A stretch of DNA of 64,000 bases from Naegleria gruberi (lineage: Eukaryota). Position 1 is the first letter of the stretch; the number at the start of each line of letters is the position of its first letter. Positions 35,543-47,559 of the stretch are shown here, one piece after another. Made by a program: the position numbers and the translations under genes. The notes below the pieces were generated by a model, which saw only the letters and a program-made list of their open reading frames with translations, was not told the DNA's origin and ran no database searches. The stretch is taken from NCBI GenBank assembly GCA_000004985.1, contig GG738902.1; one strand, 5' to 3'.

Positions 35543-36613
35543 ATGCAAACACATAAAGAAGAACAAGTAGCATCATCGGAATTGGATGAAATTTCATCAT
35601 CATTGGAAAATGTCTATGAAAAAGCAGCCCAATTAATTTATAATTCCAAATATTTATTAATTACATGTGGAGCAGGATTTAGTAAAGATTCAGGACTTGC
35701 AGTCTATAAAGATATTGCTTCTAATCCAATTTATCAAGAAAAGAATTTAACTTATCATGATTTAGCAAGACCTGTTTCTACATTTGAAACTGAACAAGAA
35801 TTATTAGATTATTATGGATTTTGGGTTAATTGTGCACAAAGTTATTTAAATACTCCTTCTCATTCTGGATATCAAATTTTAAAAGATTGGAAACAATTAT
35901 TATATTCTAAAAAGGAAATTCAAAAGGAATTTAATGAAAAACAAATTGAAATACTTTCAGCAAGTCAATGGTGGAAGGAAAATTGTAAAATTGCATCAAA
36001 TATGTTTATTTATTCATCAAATGTTGATAATCATTTTAGTAGATATTTTGAAAAGGAAGAAATTTATAATATTCATGGACATGCTTTAAATTGGCAATGT
36101 GGAAATCATTGTAATGAAGATTGTGTTTGGAATTTTACAAAACAATTACAAAATATTATAATTAATCAAGAAACATTACAAATTGATAATGAAAAATTGA
36201 AAGAATTAAAATGTGAAAAATGTCAACATGCATCAATGCCAAATGTATTAATGTTTGGTGATTTGGGTCAATATATTAGAAATACAGAAGAAGAAGATCG
36301 TTATATTGCATGGGAATGTTCAGTTGAAACTTTTTCAAAAGAATCTTCAACTAAATTTCCATTTATTATATTAGAATTAGGATGTGGATTAACAGTTCCA
36401 TCTGTTAGACGTGAAAATGAATGTGTTTTATTAGATTGTGATGAATCCTATCTCATTAGAGTTAATTTAGGTCAAGAAGAATTAGATACAATTCATAACG
36501 TTGACTTGATTCCAATGAAAAATGATAGAATTTTAAATATTAAGAATGGTTGTCAAGATGCTCTTCATCGTATTCATCAACATTTATTGAAAATTATTGA
36601 AAATAACAAGTAA
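35543..36613 (+). CDS. Sirtuin (Sir2) family NAD-dependent deacylase-like protein, divergent.
   Basis: Rossmann motif TCGAGFSKDSGLAVYKD, SSNVDNHFSRY (QNID-like), IHGHA followed by a zinc ribbon CGNHC...CEKC, and PNVLMFGD. Confidence 0.5.
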   Translation: MQTHKEEQVASSELDEISSSLENVYEKAAQLIYNSKYLLITCGAGFSKDSGLAVYKDIASNPIYQEKNLTYHDLARPVSTFETEQELLDYYGFWVNCAQSYLNTPSHSGYQILKDWKQLLYSKKEIQKEFNEKQIEILSASQWWKENCKIASNMFIYSSNVDNHFSRYFEKEEIYNIHGHALNWQCGNHCNEDCVWNFTKQLQNIIINQETLQIDNEKLKELKCEKCQHASMPNVLMFGDLGQYIRNTEEEDRYIAWECSVETFSKESSTKFPFIILELGCGLTVPSVRRENECVLLDCDESYLIRVNLGQEELDTIHNVDLIPMKNDRILNIKNGCQDALHRIHQHLLKIIENNK

Positions 36614-37385
36614 AATAGATCTTTTATATGGAAGTAAATGATTACTTTCAAGTCAAAGTTGTTCTATAAATTTGTAAATTTTTGAAAAAATTGAATCTAA
36701 AAAACAGTTTATAAGAGTCTTAAGAAATAAATTTGAAAATAATTTATTAACCTTTCACCTTCTATACAAACCAATGCCAATACACAACCAAGTAATCTGT
36801 GCTCACAATGTCTCAATTTAACGTGACGATTCAATACTTTGAAAGTATTTGCATTCTCTCATTGACACTTTCTCCTGTCCTCATCTCATGAATTCAAAGT
36901 TGATGGATTGAAGCCAGCAATTACATCAAAGATTGGCTAGTGGAGGCAGTAGTTGTGGTGTTAGTAGTGTTGGTTTCGTTGTTGTTTGCAATATTTTGTG
37001 ACATTTTCTTTCTTATTGCTCAACTTCCTATATCAAATTCCGATATCAACTTCCGTTGATTAGAAAATAATTTTAATTACATTGAAGATATTCCGAAGTT
37101 TAGAATAATTAAAGATAATTAATCAATCCTCCCATCAGAAAATAATTTTAATGATAATTAACCGTCAGATGATTAGTGATAATAAAATGTCGTCATGATT
37201 CCGAAATACGTGTTGCTGTATTTTTTCTGTTGGTTTTTGATGGATTTACAATTCAAACTTTTCATTTCTTGAGAAACTTATAAATCGATCAAATAATTTC
37301 AAGATTTACTTTCATTTACTTTTCAAAGTAGCGTTATAAGAGATCTAATATTTTACATTAAATTCAACATTAAATTCAAGAATAA

Positions 37386-38936
37386 ATGTTCATTTCAATT
37401 TTGAATTGTTTTTTCAGATTTAAAAAAACTTTGAAAAAAATGTCTTTAGGTGTAAAAGTAATGAATTTTATTCAACCATCACATTATGAATTATCAATTA
37501 CTTTATCAGATGATTTTTTTTCGGAAAAGACTAATGGCAGTGATATTAGTTATTCTGCAAGTTTAACAATACATTGTAATATTGTTAATGATGAAGATGA
37601 TAATTATATTTTACCTTCTATTGAATTGGATTGTAATTCTGATAGAATTGAAATATTTGGAGTTTCCATTGAAAAGAATAAAAACAAATTAAAAGGAACT
37701 TTATTTGAACAAAATAAGAAACCAATTTCAACATCATCTAATTCATCATCATCTAAGAATGAACAAAAAAAGAAAAAGAATGATAAATCATGTAATCACA
37801 ATCATAATAATAATAATAGTGAAATATCATCAAATAAGAAGGGATTAATTATTAAATCACCAATTGAACCATTTACATTAGGAAAGTATGAAATTAAAAT
37901 TTCCTTTAAAGGAATAATAGTTCCATCTAAAAAAGCCATGTCAGGATTATTCTATTCAATTCATTCTAAAAATTCTTCAAAGATTATTTGTTCACATTTT
38001 GAAGCACATTTTGCACATTATGCATTTCCTTGTTTTGATGATTGGACACAAAAGGCAACATTTCAACTTGGTATTTCAAATTTAAATTCAAATTACAAAT
38101 GTATTTCAAATATGTCTGTAAAGATGAAAAATGATTCAAAGAAAACTGTCATGTTTAATACTAGTCCTAAAATGTCAATTTATTTATTAGGTATATTTAT
38201 TGGACAATTTGAATGTTTAGAAACTAGTTATATTTCTAAAAAGGATGAAGATGAAACTGAATTTCCAATTTCTGTTTATTATTTAGAATCTGGAAGTTCT
38301 TTAATTGTAGATAATTCAAAAACTATTTTAGAAATGAGTTGTAAAATTTTACCTCTTTTAGAAGATTATTTTGATCAATCAATTTTAAAACAAAATATTT
38401 CAAAACTTGATTGGATTATTGTTCCAGAATTAATTATTGGAGGTGGAATGGAAAATTGGTCATGTATTACTTTACTTGAAAAACATACAGCAAATACTTC
38501 GATGGATATGAAGAAATTGGGACCTTTTGTTGAAATTCTAGCTCATGAACTTTCACATTTCTGGGTTGGAAATTTAGTTGGTTTTCCATTTCATATTAAA
38601 GAAGGATTGGCAATGTATTTGGAAAAGATTATTACAGATCAAGTTTTAAAACGTGCAAATTCAATTACCATCAAGAAGAATGATAAGAAGAATAATAATA
38701 CTTCAATCATTTCAGAAATCAAATCAGCTAGTAATAATGATGCTAATTTATCAGTTGAACAAATGTTCCAGAAAATGTTTACAGGTGTTGCCTACACTCA
38801 ATGCTTTGATTTTATTTGTAATGAATGTGTTGGTACTCTGGGTCCAACTGTTTTCAGAGATCGTCTTCGTCAGGTTATTTCAGATAATGAATTTGGTTTT
38901 GTGAATGAAGATGATTTTGTTCAATCTTTTAAATAA
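37386..38936 (+). CDS. M1-family zinc aminopeptidase-like protein. An alternative start is the ATG at 37440.
   Basis: GGMENW (GAMEN-type exopeptidase motif) and HELSHFWVGN...E (HExxH-x18-E zinc site). Confidence 0.55.
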   Translation: MFISILNCFFRFKKTLKKMSLGVKVMNFIQPSHYELSITLSDDFFSEKTNGSDISYSASLTIHCNIVNDEDDNYILPSIELDCNSDRIEIFGVSIEKNKNKLKGTLFEQNKKPISTSSNSSSSKNEQKKKKNDKSCNHNHNNNNSEISSNKKGLIIKSPIEPFTLGKYEIKISFKGIIVPSKKAMSGLFYSIHSKNSSKIICSHFEAHFAHYAFPCFDDWTQKATFQLGISNLNSNYKCISNMSVKMKNDSKKTVMFNTSPKMSIYLLGIFIGQFECLETSYISKKDEDETEFPISVYYLESGSSLIVDNSKTILEMSCKILPLLEDYFDQSILKQNISKLDWIIVPELIIGGGMENWSCITLLEKHTANTSMDMKKLGPFVEILAHELSHFWVGNLVGFPFHIKEGLAMYLEKIITDQVLKRANSITIKKNDKKNNNTSIISEIKSASNNDANLSVEQMFQKMFTGVAYTQCFDFICNECVGTLGPTVFRDRLRQVISDNEFGFVNEDDFVQSFK

Positions 38937-39028
38937 AATTATCCTATTTGAATGTTTGTTTGGATGTTTGAATGTTTGCGAATATGTTATAATAAATAAT
39001 TTATTTTGTTGTTGATTGTGTGTGAAAA

Positions 39029-40555
39029 TTAATTCATACGAGGTCTAGTTGTAGTTGGTAATTTAGTATTAACACCATAACCAAATTCTAAACCACTTGT
39101 TGAGGTGACATCCACATTATTTACAATGGCTTGTTTTGTTGGTTTGTAAGTGATTGATAAACTTGCCTTAACACCCAAACCTTCAAAATCTGAAAATAAT
39201 TGATCCTTCAATGGGAATAACAATCTATTGTAATCTGTGAATTTTGATTCAAAATCAATTACAACAAGATAATGTTCAGTTTCCATAACACAAGTTTGTT
39301 TCAATGGAATTTCAGCAGATCCGAATGTATCAGTAATAGTTGTCCAATTACTTCTATGAACATCAAATGTTAAAACTTTACCATCATTGGTATAATAAAA
39401 TGTTTCACCATAAACAATTAATTGTGTCAATTCAATATGATGTGTCTTGTTTAATCTAATATCGGCAAATCTAGCATCCATAGTACCAAGTGGGAACATT
39501 GCATAAGTTCTACCTGTACCAGCAATAACTGACAATTCATTTTCAATATTATTAGATGGAATATTAGCATAATACCATCCCCATGCATATTTTCTATCTC
39601 CAAAATCATTATCTGGCGCTAAAGGTAAAAATTGTCCAAAATTCATATCACAATAACTATTTCATATTAATATTGTGTGTTAAAATATTGTTAAAAATAT
39701 AAAAACTTACAATCTCCATCTTCTATCATGAATAGGTTGAATAATAGTATTAGAAATTGAATTACTTTGATAATTTAAAATACCATTAACTAAACTATCA
39801 TGTGAATAAGTATTCCACATAATAATTCCTCTAAATTTTTCATCTGGCATTTCAAAACTCTTCTGACCATAATAACCATAAATTCTATCAATTGTTAAAT
39901 TCCAATTAACATTTAATGAATTATCAATTTTATCAGTAAAGAATAAATTAGGTGAATTCTTTCTCATATTTCCAAATATTTGATATTGACCATCTTTTAA
40001 TGGTTTCAATTCATAGAGCATTTCACTTGAATTTGATGGATTAAAAACTTGTAAATGGAAATGACTTCCATCATTAACTGTATGAAGTGAACTATATGGA
40101 AAACGTTCAACTTTTTGAAAAGATGTTCTTGTAGAATGGTCAACCACTGCAAATAAAACGAAAAAACCATCATATTTACATTCATTTTCATTACTAGTTC
40201 TACCTTTACAAAGTGATAAAGCATATGTGAATGCATAATGTCTATTCAATTGTTCATCTCTCAACCAGAAATACCACCACTGATAGAATGGTTTTGTAGA
40301 ATCATATTCATTAACACGAATTCTCTCATGATAATTCTCTGGATCTAAAATTGCTGTATAGAATGGTATTGGAAGAGATGCAGAACATTCAGTTACCATG
40401 AATGATGATACTACTACTATTACTGATAATAATAATAATAATACTAATGATGATGATGATAATGATGATGAGTATGAGAAACTACCATTGGTGGACAATG
40501 TCTTGTTGGAACGGTTGTGTTCTAATCCTCCTCTGTGAAGAATAGAGTAAAACAT
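39029..40555 (-). CDS. Secreted protein of about 490 aa, possibly with a CrtC/AttH-like (kievitone-hydratase-like) fold. Exons join(39029..39656, 39711..40555) with a 54-bp intron.
   Basis: Signal peptide (LVLLLLLSVIVVVSSFM). Two ORF-track ORFs are joined in frame by a GTAAGT...ATAG intron, giving ...HDRRWR|FYCDMNFGQ.... The family assignment is weak, resting on the WWYFW region and size. Confidence 0.45.
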
Positions 40556-40978
40556 TTTTTTAAAAACTGTTACTTCATGATTTGCTCGAGTATTAAATGA
40601 AAGCTTGTGATTTTTGAAGGATCACGAAAATTCAATCAAGACCTAATTCATCATCTTTGTGTAATTGAGAGTTTAAATAATTATATTATTGGAAGGAGTA
40701 AATCAGAGCGTATTCGTATCAGAGTTGCTTGCAAAATGATGATTATTATTCTCTTGGCCGAAAATTGTGAAAACAAAGTATAGATCTCCATCAATCCACA
40801 TTTTCACCTGATTCTTTCATGAAAAATAAAAAACTTTGAATTTTTCCCATTGATAACTGGATAACAATCTGAAGATGTTTTTTTATTGGTAGATCTTTGT
40901 ACAGTCGAATGATTCATGGGAGGGGAGTAAAGGGAGGGAAAAATTTGTAGTATTACATTTAGATCAAAGTTTGATCAT

Positions 40979-41731
40979 TTAATTCTTGTGTTGAATTTCA
41001 TCACAGAGTTCAATGATTCTCTTGGATTGGACCATTTCGGCAATCTTCTTGATTTCTTCAACATTTTCCTTGTTGATATTCTTCATGATCATACTTTCAC
41101 ATTCAACTTGCAAATCTTCCAACAAGAACTTGTGAGCAGCGATCCAAACACCGACAACATCATCAACTTCAACTTCGAATTCACGAGTGTAAATATACTT
41201 AAGGATGGCCAACATTTGCTTTTCAGTGGCATCTTCAATATCAATTCTCATGGTCTTCTTTTGTTCATTTTCAACATCACCCAAGAGCATACCGTGGAAG
41301 TATTTACAGGCGCTAGTCAAGATAACAGCGTGGCACTTAACTTCAACAGTCTTACCATCTTCTTCGCTACAGACCAAAGTCAAGTCAGACAAATCCCATT
41401 TACCAGTTCTCAAGTTTTCGAAAGCCCACTTCATGTTCTTCCACCAAGAGGATTCTGGAACAACAACATTCTTGCTCTTATCAAGATAAGTTTCAGCAAT
41501 AACATCTAATCTGTCCAAACTCAAATACTTGGCAGCTTCTTGGGTTTCCTTGATCAAATCCTTTTCAGTATCCTTGTCCCAACTGACTTTATCAGTGTAG
41601 AGGTATTCCAAAACTTCCTTGAAAGCCTTGTGAGTAACTCTCTTATCCAAGGTGATTTGCATCTTGCCGTCAATAGTTGAGAGGGTTGTACCGGCAGTAT
41701 TGATTGATCTCCAATCTTCTTCAGTTGACAT
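40979..41731 (-). CDS. BTB/POZ domain protein of 250 aa. Its codon usage is GC3-rich, typical of highly expressed genes.
   Basis: BTB core DLTLVCSEEDGKTVEVKCHAVILTSACKYFHGMLLGD. The local GC content is clearly higher than in neighbouring genes. Confidence 0.6.
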   Translation of the reverse strand: MSTEEDWRSINTAGTTLSTIDGKMQITLDKRVTHKAFKEVLEYLYTDKVSWDKDTEKDLIKETQEAAKYLSLDRLDVIAETYLDKSKNVVVPESSWWKNMKWAFENLRTGKWDLSDLTLVCSEEDGKTVEVKCHAVILTSACKYFHGMLLGDVENEQKKTMRIDIEDATEKQMLAILKYIYTREFEVEVDDVVGVWIAAHKFLLEDLQVECESMIMKNINKENVEEIKKIAEMVQSKRIIELCDEIQHKN

Positions 41732-42221
41732 TGTTGTAGGTTAAAAGTGAGGTGGTATTTTTTTTTTTGAAAAAATGTGATGCCTCATTTTAATGTTCCA
41801 CCGAGTTTATCAGGTGAAGTGTGCACTGGCAAGCTAGACTTGATGCCTCCATCACACATAAATAAACTCGTTACCGTGCATCGTGGGTAATGTTTACAAA
41901 ACTAATTTTATTGGTCAATTTGTTGTAATCGCTGCTATTTTTTTATGCAGTTCCAGTCTTGGGTGAACTTGATATTAAAGACAAACATTCAACCATTACA
42001 ATTCATACCAACGATGTAACCTTTAAAAATACTTTTACTAATAATAATTCTATGAACAAACATTAATCAGAAACAATTTCTTCCACACTCAACAATAATC
42101 TTATTTTTAATAGGAATAATATTAATCATGTTTTGGCGCCATAAAATTGTGATGATCAAATTCTTTTGTATGATGATAAATAATATTTTATATTAATAAT
42201 TTAAAATAAAAAATATTTAAA

Positions 42222-45200
42222 ATGCCAGCCAGACCAAAACGAAACGTTAAAAAGAAGGTTTTTGAAGAAGAACCTGTTTCGGAGGAGGAAGAAGTGGTTG
42301 ATGAAAAAGATGACCAAATGGATACTTCGGATGCGGAAGAAGCAGCACCTCCTAAAAAAACAACAAAAAGGAGAACTCCTGCTAGAAGATCTCGTGCTAA
42401 AAAGGATGAAGATGAAGAAGAACAACAAGAATCTTCTGAGGAAGAAGAAGAAGAAGAAGAAGAAGATAATGATAAAAGTGGAAATTATCGTGGAGAAGGT
42501 GAGGAATCATCATCTGAAGAAGAGAGTGAAGAACCACAAGAAAAGTACCAATTTATTTCGGAACAAACAAGTAAACATTTAGAGAAAATCAGAAAGGAAC
42601 AAAAATCTCTTCTTAACAGATTAAAAGAGAAACAAAAGAAAGAACTAGTTGGTATTGAAGATCCACAAGAAAAAGTTAAAGTGACATTTAGACATTTGTT
42701 GGAACAAACAGAAATTTACTCTAGTTTCACTCCAAATTTATCTATGCATACAATTATTGATGGAACTTCATCTTCAAAGAAAGGAGGATCTAGAAGAAAA
42801 CACTCTGAAAAGGAAGAGGATGAAGAAATTATTCGTGAAGCCTTGGAGGATGAAGAAGAAAGTTATCAAGGTGTTTTACTTACATCATCACCAAAATTTA
42901 TTGAAAATACTACATTGAGAAGTTATCAAATTGATGGTGTAAATTGGATGATTAGACTTCATGATAGAGGTGTAAATGGAATTTTAGCTGATGAAATGGG
43001 TCTTGGTAAAACTGTACAAACTCTTACTTGGATTGCTTATTTGAAATTTATTAGAAGAATTCGTGGTCCTCACTTGGTTATTGTACCAAAAAGTGTTATT
43101 CCTAACTGGGTAAATCAGGCTAATCAGTGGTGCCCATCTCTACAAGTTCTTAAATTCCACGGAGACAAGGATCAAAGAAGAGAAATCAAGGAAAAATCAC
43201 TTGTTGGAGGAAAATTTGAAATTGTTGTAACTTCATATGAAACAGCTATCAAGGAAAAGGCAGCTTTAAACAAATTTAGATGGTATAGTATTATCATCGA
43301 TGAAGCTCACCGTATTAAGAATGAAAATTCTATCCTTTCACAATCAGTTAGAGTTTTTGATTGCCAATATAGATTATTATTAACAGGTACTCCACTCCAA
43401 AATAACCTTCACGAATTATGGAGTTTACTTAACTTTTTATTGCCAGATGTTTTCCGTTCAGCAGATGATTTTGATACATGGTTTAACTTGAAGGAAGGTC
43501 AGGCTGAAACTCATATTATTGATCAATTGCACAAAGTTTTAAAACCTTTCCTTTTGAGAAGATTGAAAACTGAAGTTAAAACTGATATTCCTCCTAAGAA
43601 GGAAATTTATGTAGAATGTGGTTTATCTAAACTTCAAAAAGAATGGTATCGTAGTATTCTTACAAAGGATTTGAACTCTATCAAGGGTGGTGAAAAAGTT
43701 AGACTTTTAAACGTTGTTATGCAACTTAGAAAGTGTTGCAACCATCCATACTTGTTTGATGGTGCTGAACCAGGTCCACCATATACTCTAGGTGATCACT
43801 TAATGAATAACTCTGGTAAAATGTATCTAGTTGATAAACTATTGAAGAAGTTGAAGGAACAAAACTCTAGAGTATTAATCTTTACTCAAATGACAAGAAT
43901 GTTGGACATTTTAGAAGATTATTGTTATTTAAGAAATTATGAATATTGTAGAATAGATGGTCAAACATCAAGCGAATTGCGTGAACAACATATGGATGAA
44001 TTTAATAAGGAAGGAAGTTCAAAGTTTATCTTCTTGTTGTCGACACGTGCTGGTGGTTTGGGTATTAACCTTGCTACAGCAGATACTGTTATTATTTATG
44101 ACAGTGATTGGAATCCTCAAGCTGACTTGCAAGCTCAAGACAGATGTCACAGAATTGGTCAAAAGAAACCTGTGAATGTGTATAGATTAATTTCCAAAGA
44201 CTCTATAGAAGAAAAGATTTACCAAAGAGCTGTTAAGAAACTTTATTTGGATGCTGTGGTTATCCAACAAGGTAGACTTGCTGAACAAAATAATAAGCTT
44301 TCAAAGACTGAATTGATGTCTATGATCAAGTTTGGTGCTGAAGAAGTTTTTAAGAGCACAGAATCAACTATTACAGATGAAGATCTTGATGCTATTTTAT
44401 CACGTGGTGAACAAAAGATTCAAGAAATCGATCAACAATATAAGAATATCTGCCAAAACAATTTGCTAAACTTCTCATTGACAAATGAAAATAATTTGTA
44501 TGAATTTGAAGGTCTAGATTATTCAAAGAAGGCAACTACAATGATTGTCATTGAAGAAATTCCTGAAACTTTAACAGAAGATGTAATTGTAAAAGAAATT
44601 GGAGATGAAGAACAACTTTTGGATGAAGTTATAATTTCTCATGAAAAGAAGAGTTGTATTCTTTATTTCGACACAAAGAGTGCTTCTGCAAAGTCTTTAG
44701 AAAAACTTGTCTCTAAAAATTATAAGGCCAAATTCTGTAAAAAGAATGATAAATTTATTCTCCAACTCGAAGAAGAGGCCCTTAAGGAAGAATCTCAAAC
44801 TGTTAGAAGTGAAAGATTGGGAAGAAGAAACAAGCAAACAGAACAACAAATTGCTATTGAAGAAGCTCAGCAAAAACGTGGTCCAAAAGAACCAAAATAT
44901 TATGATTTCCAATTCTTGAACACTAAGAGATTGTTAGAACTTTGGGAAAAGGAAACCCAATTTGAACAAGAAAAGAAAAAGAGAAAAAAGAATAAGGATA
45001 GTGATGAAAAAGAAGATGAAGAAGCAGGAGAACTTACCAAAGAAGAAAAGTCTGAAAAGAGAAAACTTCTCCTTGAAGGATTTAATAATTGGAGCAAGAA
45101 GGATTTCCAAAGCTTTATCAAGGGTTGTGAAAAATTCGGAAGAAAGGACTATGCAAATATTGCAGTAGAAGTCGAAAAAACTGAACAACAAATTAAGAAG

Positions 45201-45674
45201 TATTCTAATGTATTTTGGAAGAGATATAAGGAAATTAAAGATTATGACAAGTTGATCAAGAGAATAGAAAGAGGAGAATCTCAGTTACAAAAAATTGATA
45301 ATAATAATTTAATGTTAAGATATAAGACACAAAAATATATCAATCCTTGGTTAGAAATGAAGTTCAACTATGGTCAAAATCAAGTGAAAGAATTTACTCC
45401 TGAAGAAGATAGTTTTATTTGTTGTATGACTGCAAAATTGGGATATGGATTTTGGGAAGAAGTAAGAGCACAAATCAGAAATGCTTGGGAGTTTAGATTT
45501 GACTGGTTCATTAAAACTAGAACTGCAGTTGAAATTCAAAAGAGATGTGATACTCTCATCAAACTCATTGAAAAGGAATACCAAGATGAGCTTAAAGTCC
45601 AAGAAAAGGAAAAATCCAAGAGAAAATTGGAACCCTCAGCTTCTGGAAATTCAACCAAAAAAGTCAAAAAATAA
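42222..45674 (+). CDS. isw: ISWI-type SNF2 chromatin-remodelling ATPase of 1150 aa. Single exon.
   Basis: Motifs LADEMGLGKT, DEAHRIKN, LLLTGTPLQNNLHELW and QAQDRCHRIGQ. C-terminal HAND-SANT-SLIDE region (FNNWSKKDFQSFIKGCEKFGR..., WEEVRAQIRN). Confidence 0.9.
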   Translation: MPARPKRNVKKKVFEEEPVSEEEEVVDEKDDQMDTSDAEEAAPPKKTTKRRTPARRSRAKKDEDEEEQQESSEEEEEEEEEDNDKSGNYRGEGEESSSEEESEEPQEKYQFISEQTSKHLEKIRKEQKSLLNRLKEKQKKELVGIEDPQEKVKVTFRHLLEQTEIYSSFTPNLSMHTIIDGTSSSKKGGSRRKHSEKEEDEEIIREALEDEEESYQGVLLTSSPKFIENTTLRSYQIDGVNWMIRLHDRGVNGILADEMGLGKTVQTLTWIAYLKFIRRIRGPHLVIVPKSVIPNWVNQANQWCPSLQVLKFHGDKDQRREIKEKSLVGGKFEIVVTSYETAIKEKAALNKFRWYSIIIDEAHRIKNENSILSQSVRVFDCQYRLLLTGTPLQNNLHELWSLLNFLLPDVFRSADDFDTWFNLKEGQAETHIIDQLHKVLKPFLLRRLKTEVKTDIPPKKEIYVECGLSKLQKEWYRSILTKDLNSIKGGEKVRLLNVVMQLRKCCNHPYLFDGAEPGPPYTLGDHLMNNSGKMYLVDKLLKKLKEQNSRVLIFTQMTRMLDILEDYCYLRNYEYCRIDGQTSSELREQHMDEFNKEGSSKFIFLLSTRAGGLGINLATADTVIIYDSDWNPQADLQAQDRCHRIGQKKPVNVYRLISKDSIEEKIYQRAVKKLYLDAVVIQQGRLAEQNNKLSKTELMSMIKFGAEEVFKSTESTITDEDLDAILSRGEQKIQEIDQQYKNICQNNLLNFSLTNENNLYEFEGLDYSKKATTMIVIEEIPETLTEDVIVKEIGDEEQLLDEVIISHEKKSCILYFDTKSASAKSLEKLVSKNYKAKFCKKNDKFILQLEEEALKEESQTVRSERLGRRNKQTEQQIAIEEAQQKRGPKEPKYYDFQFLNTKRLLELWEKETQFEQEKKKRKKNKDSDEKEDEEAGELTKEEKSEKRKLLLEGFNNWSKKDFQSFIKGCEKFGRKDYANIAVEVEKTEQQIKKYSNVFWKRYKEIKDYDKLIKRIERGESQLQKIDNNNLMLRYKTQKYINPWLEMKFNYGQNQVKEFTPEEDSFICCMTAKLGYGFWEEVRAQIRNAWEFRFDWFIKTRTAVEIQKRCDTLIKLIEKEYQDELKVQEKEKSKRKLEPSASGNSTKKVKK

Positions 45675-45688
45675 ACTTGTATATAATA

Positions 45689-46960
45689 TTAGTTTGTACT
45701 TGTAAAGAACTCATCCTCAGATTCATCTGATTGTGTAATAATTTGACTAATCTCTAAGGCATGAAGATCTCTTGATTGAGTCACTAATGTCTTATACGAC
45801 ATGAATACTACCATGAATAGAGTTACAATAATTATTATACATAAAATCAAACTAAAAACAAAATGTAAATCTATCATTAAAATAAAATCATATAATCCAT
45901 GGAAAATTAGTGGTTGATAAATGACATAACAGAAGAAAGATAAATTAATCCAGATTTTTCTCAATGTTGAAGTTCCATTTGCCTGTCTATCTTGATATCT
46001 ACTCTCAATAAATATTGGAACCTCAGTTAAATGTTGAGTTTCCAAACGTATCTTGTATTGAGCAATTCTTAATCCTACAAGACATCCGCTCAATGTATGA
46101 AGTGGAAGAGCAAGTAAAATTCTTCCAATAACTGTCATTGCTCCAAATTGTAAAATTACCATTTGTTGAGAAGCTCCAGAAGTGAGAATATAAATCTTTA
46201 AACAAACTACTAGAATAAATCCAATATTTTCAACTGTAGAAAGTCCAAGAGCCGCCAAAGCACTATAAACCATTGGTGGAAGTGGATGACAATGAGAATG
46301 ATAAAATAACTTCTCTGTTTGATTTTCAAGTTTAAAACATGATGAGAAGAAACTTCCTCCACTTGTTAATTTCAAAGCAAGTAAAGCTTTTGCAACTTCT
46401 TCAACAAGAGATGAAACAAAGAATGATTGTAATACACCAAATAATAATTTCCACACAAAACTCAAATTTTCTAATTGTGTTTCAACTGATTGTATCATTG
46501 ATGATGAATCCACTGTAATAATTTTCAATCCGTGCATAATTGAAATTAATAGTATAGATGCAATAATTTCAAATAAAAAGACAGGTATTACTGATAAAAT
46601 ACCACTCCACAATACATGAAAGGATAATTCTAAATCAATTTTGTTTCTAAACATGAAATAAATAATTAAAAATATTATAATACAAGGAAGAACTCCAATA
46701 AGAAGAAGCAGAGAAATAGCTGGACTAAAAAATAGAGGAATTAAAAGAAGGGAGAGAAGAGGAATAATAGTAAAATAAAGACAAGGTCCTAATTTTTGAT
46801 TCACTAAATCCTGATGAGGTGCCAATGTTGATGGTTCGGAAATGTGATCACCACCAAAACTACCTAATTCTAAATCTTCAGAGTGATCATCTGTATGACT
46901 ATCAGTGTTAGGCATTTTTTTGATGAATTTAATAATAAGTAATGTATATGATGTCATCAT
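45689..46960 (-). CDS. Multi-pass membrane protein, candidate PrsW/CPBP-type intramembrane protease family.
   Basis: About eight TM helices. EEVAK (EExxK-like) sits in a TM and FHGLYD (HxxxD) in a later TM. The assignment is tentative. Confidence 0.45.
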   Translation of the reverse strand: MMTSYTLLIIKFIKKMPNTDSHTDDHSEDLELGSFGGDHISEPSTLAPHQDLVNQKLGPCLYFTIIPLLSLLLIPLFFSPAISLLLLIGVLPCIIIFLIIYFMFRNKIDLELSFHVLWSGILSVIPVFLFEIIASILLISIMHGLKIITVDSSSMIQSVETQLENLSFVWKLLFGVLQSFFVSSLVEEVAKALLALKLTSGGSFFSSCFKLENQTEKLFYHSHCHPLPPMVYSALAALGLSTVENIGFILVVCLKIYILTSGASQQMVILQFGAMTVIGRILLALPLHTLSGCLVGLRIAQYKIRLETQHLTEVPIFIESRYQDRQANGTSTLRKIWINLSFFCYVIYQPLIFHGLYDFILMIDLHFVFSLILCIIIIVTLFMVVFMSYKTLVTQSRDLHALEISQIITQSDESEDEFFTSTN

Positions 46961-47039
46961 GGATAATATGAGTTGATATCGTAACTAAAAAGAATTGCAA
47001 CTGTTTTGATTTTAATATTTTATATAGGATTTATATGAT

Positions 47040-47559
47040 TTATTCTTGAGCAACAGCAGCTTGAGCCTTAGCGACAGCAGTCTTCTTTTCAGTCAAAATG
47101 ATTTCCATGTGGGTTGGGTTAGCCATGAATGGGTTAATTCTACCGTGAGCTCTGAAAGTTCTTCTTCTCATCTTTGGAGCTCTGTTGGCTTGGGAGTGGG
47201 AAATGACCAAATCTCTGACATTCAAACCCTTAACTCTGGCGTTGTTTTCAGCATTCTTCAAAAGCTTCAAAACAGCGAAGATTGACTTGGTTGGGTATCT
47301 GCTGTTAGCAACACCGAATTCCTTGGAGTGAGCGTGTCTACCTGGACCACCGTTGTAAATCTTGAATGGGATAGCTTCAGTGTGTCTCAAGACGTTGTGC
47401 AAGTACTTCTTGGCTCTTCTCAAAGACAAACCCTTGATGGCATTGATAGTTTCACAAGTATTCTTGAAGTGAACTCTAACACCTTCAACCTTAGCCTTGG
47501 CGTGCTTGGAGGTTTCTGGGTCAACAGAGTATCTTTGTCTATTGGCTCTAGTCCTAAAT
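47040..47559 (-). CDS. rpl17: 60S ribosomal protein L17 (uL22), 3' exon. A short first exon with the start codon lies upstream of a roughly 105-bp intron and is not resolved (candidate ATG near 47664).
   Basis: RYSVDPETSKHAKAKVEGVRVHFKNTCETINAIKGLSLRRAKKYL...GPGRHAHSKEFG...APKMRRRTFRAHGRINPFM aligns to RPL17. The acceptor tatttag lies at 47560. Codon usage is GC3-rich. Confidence 0.8.
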
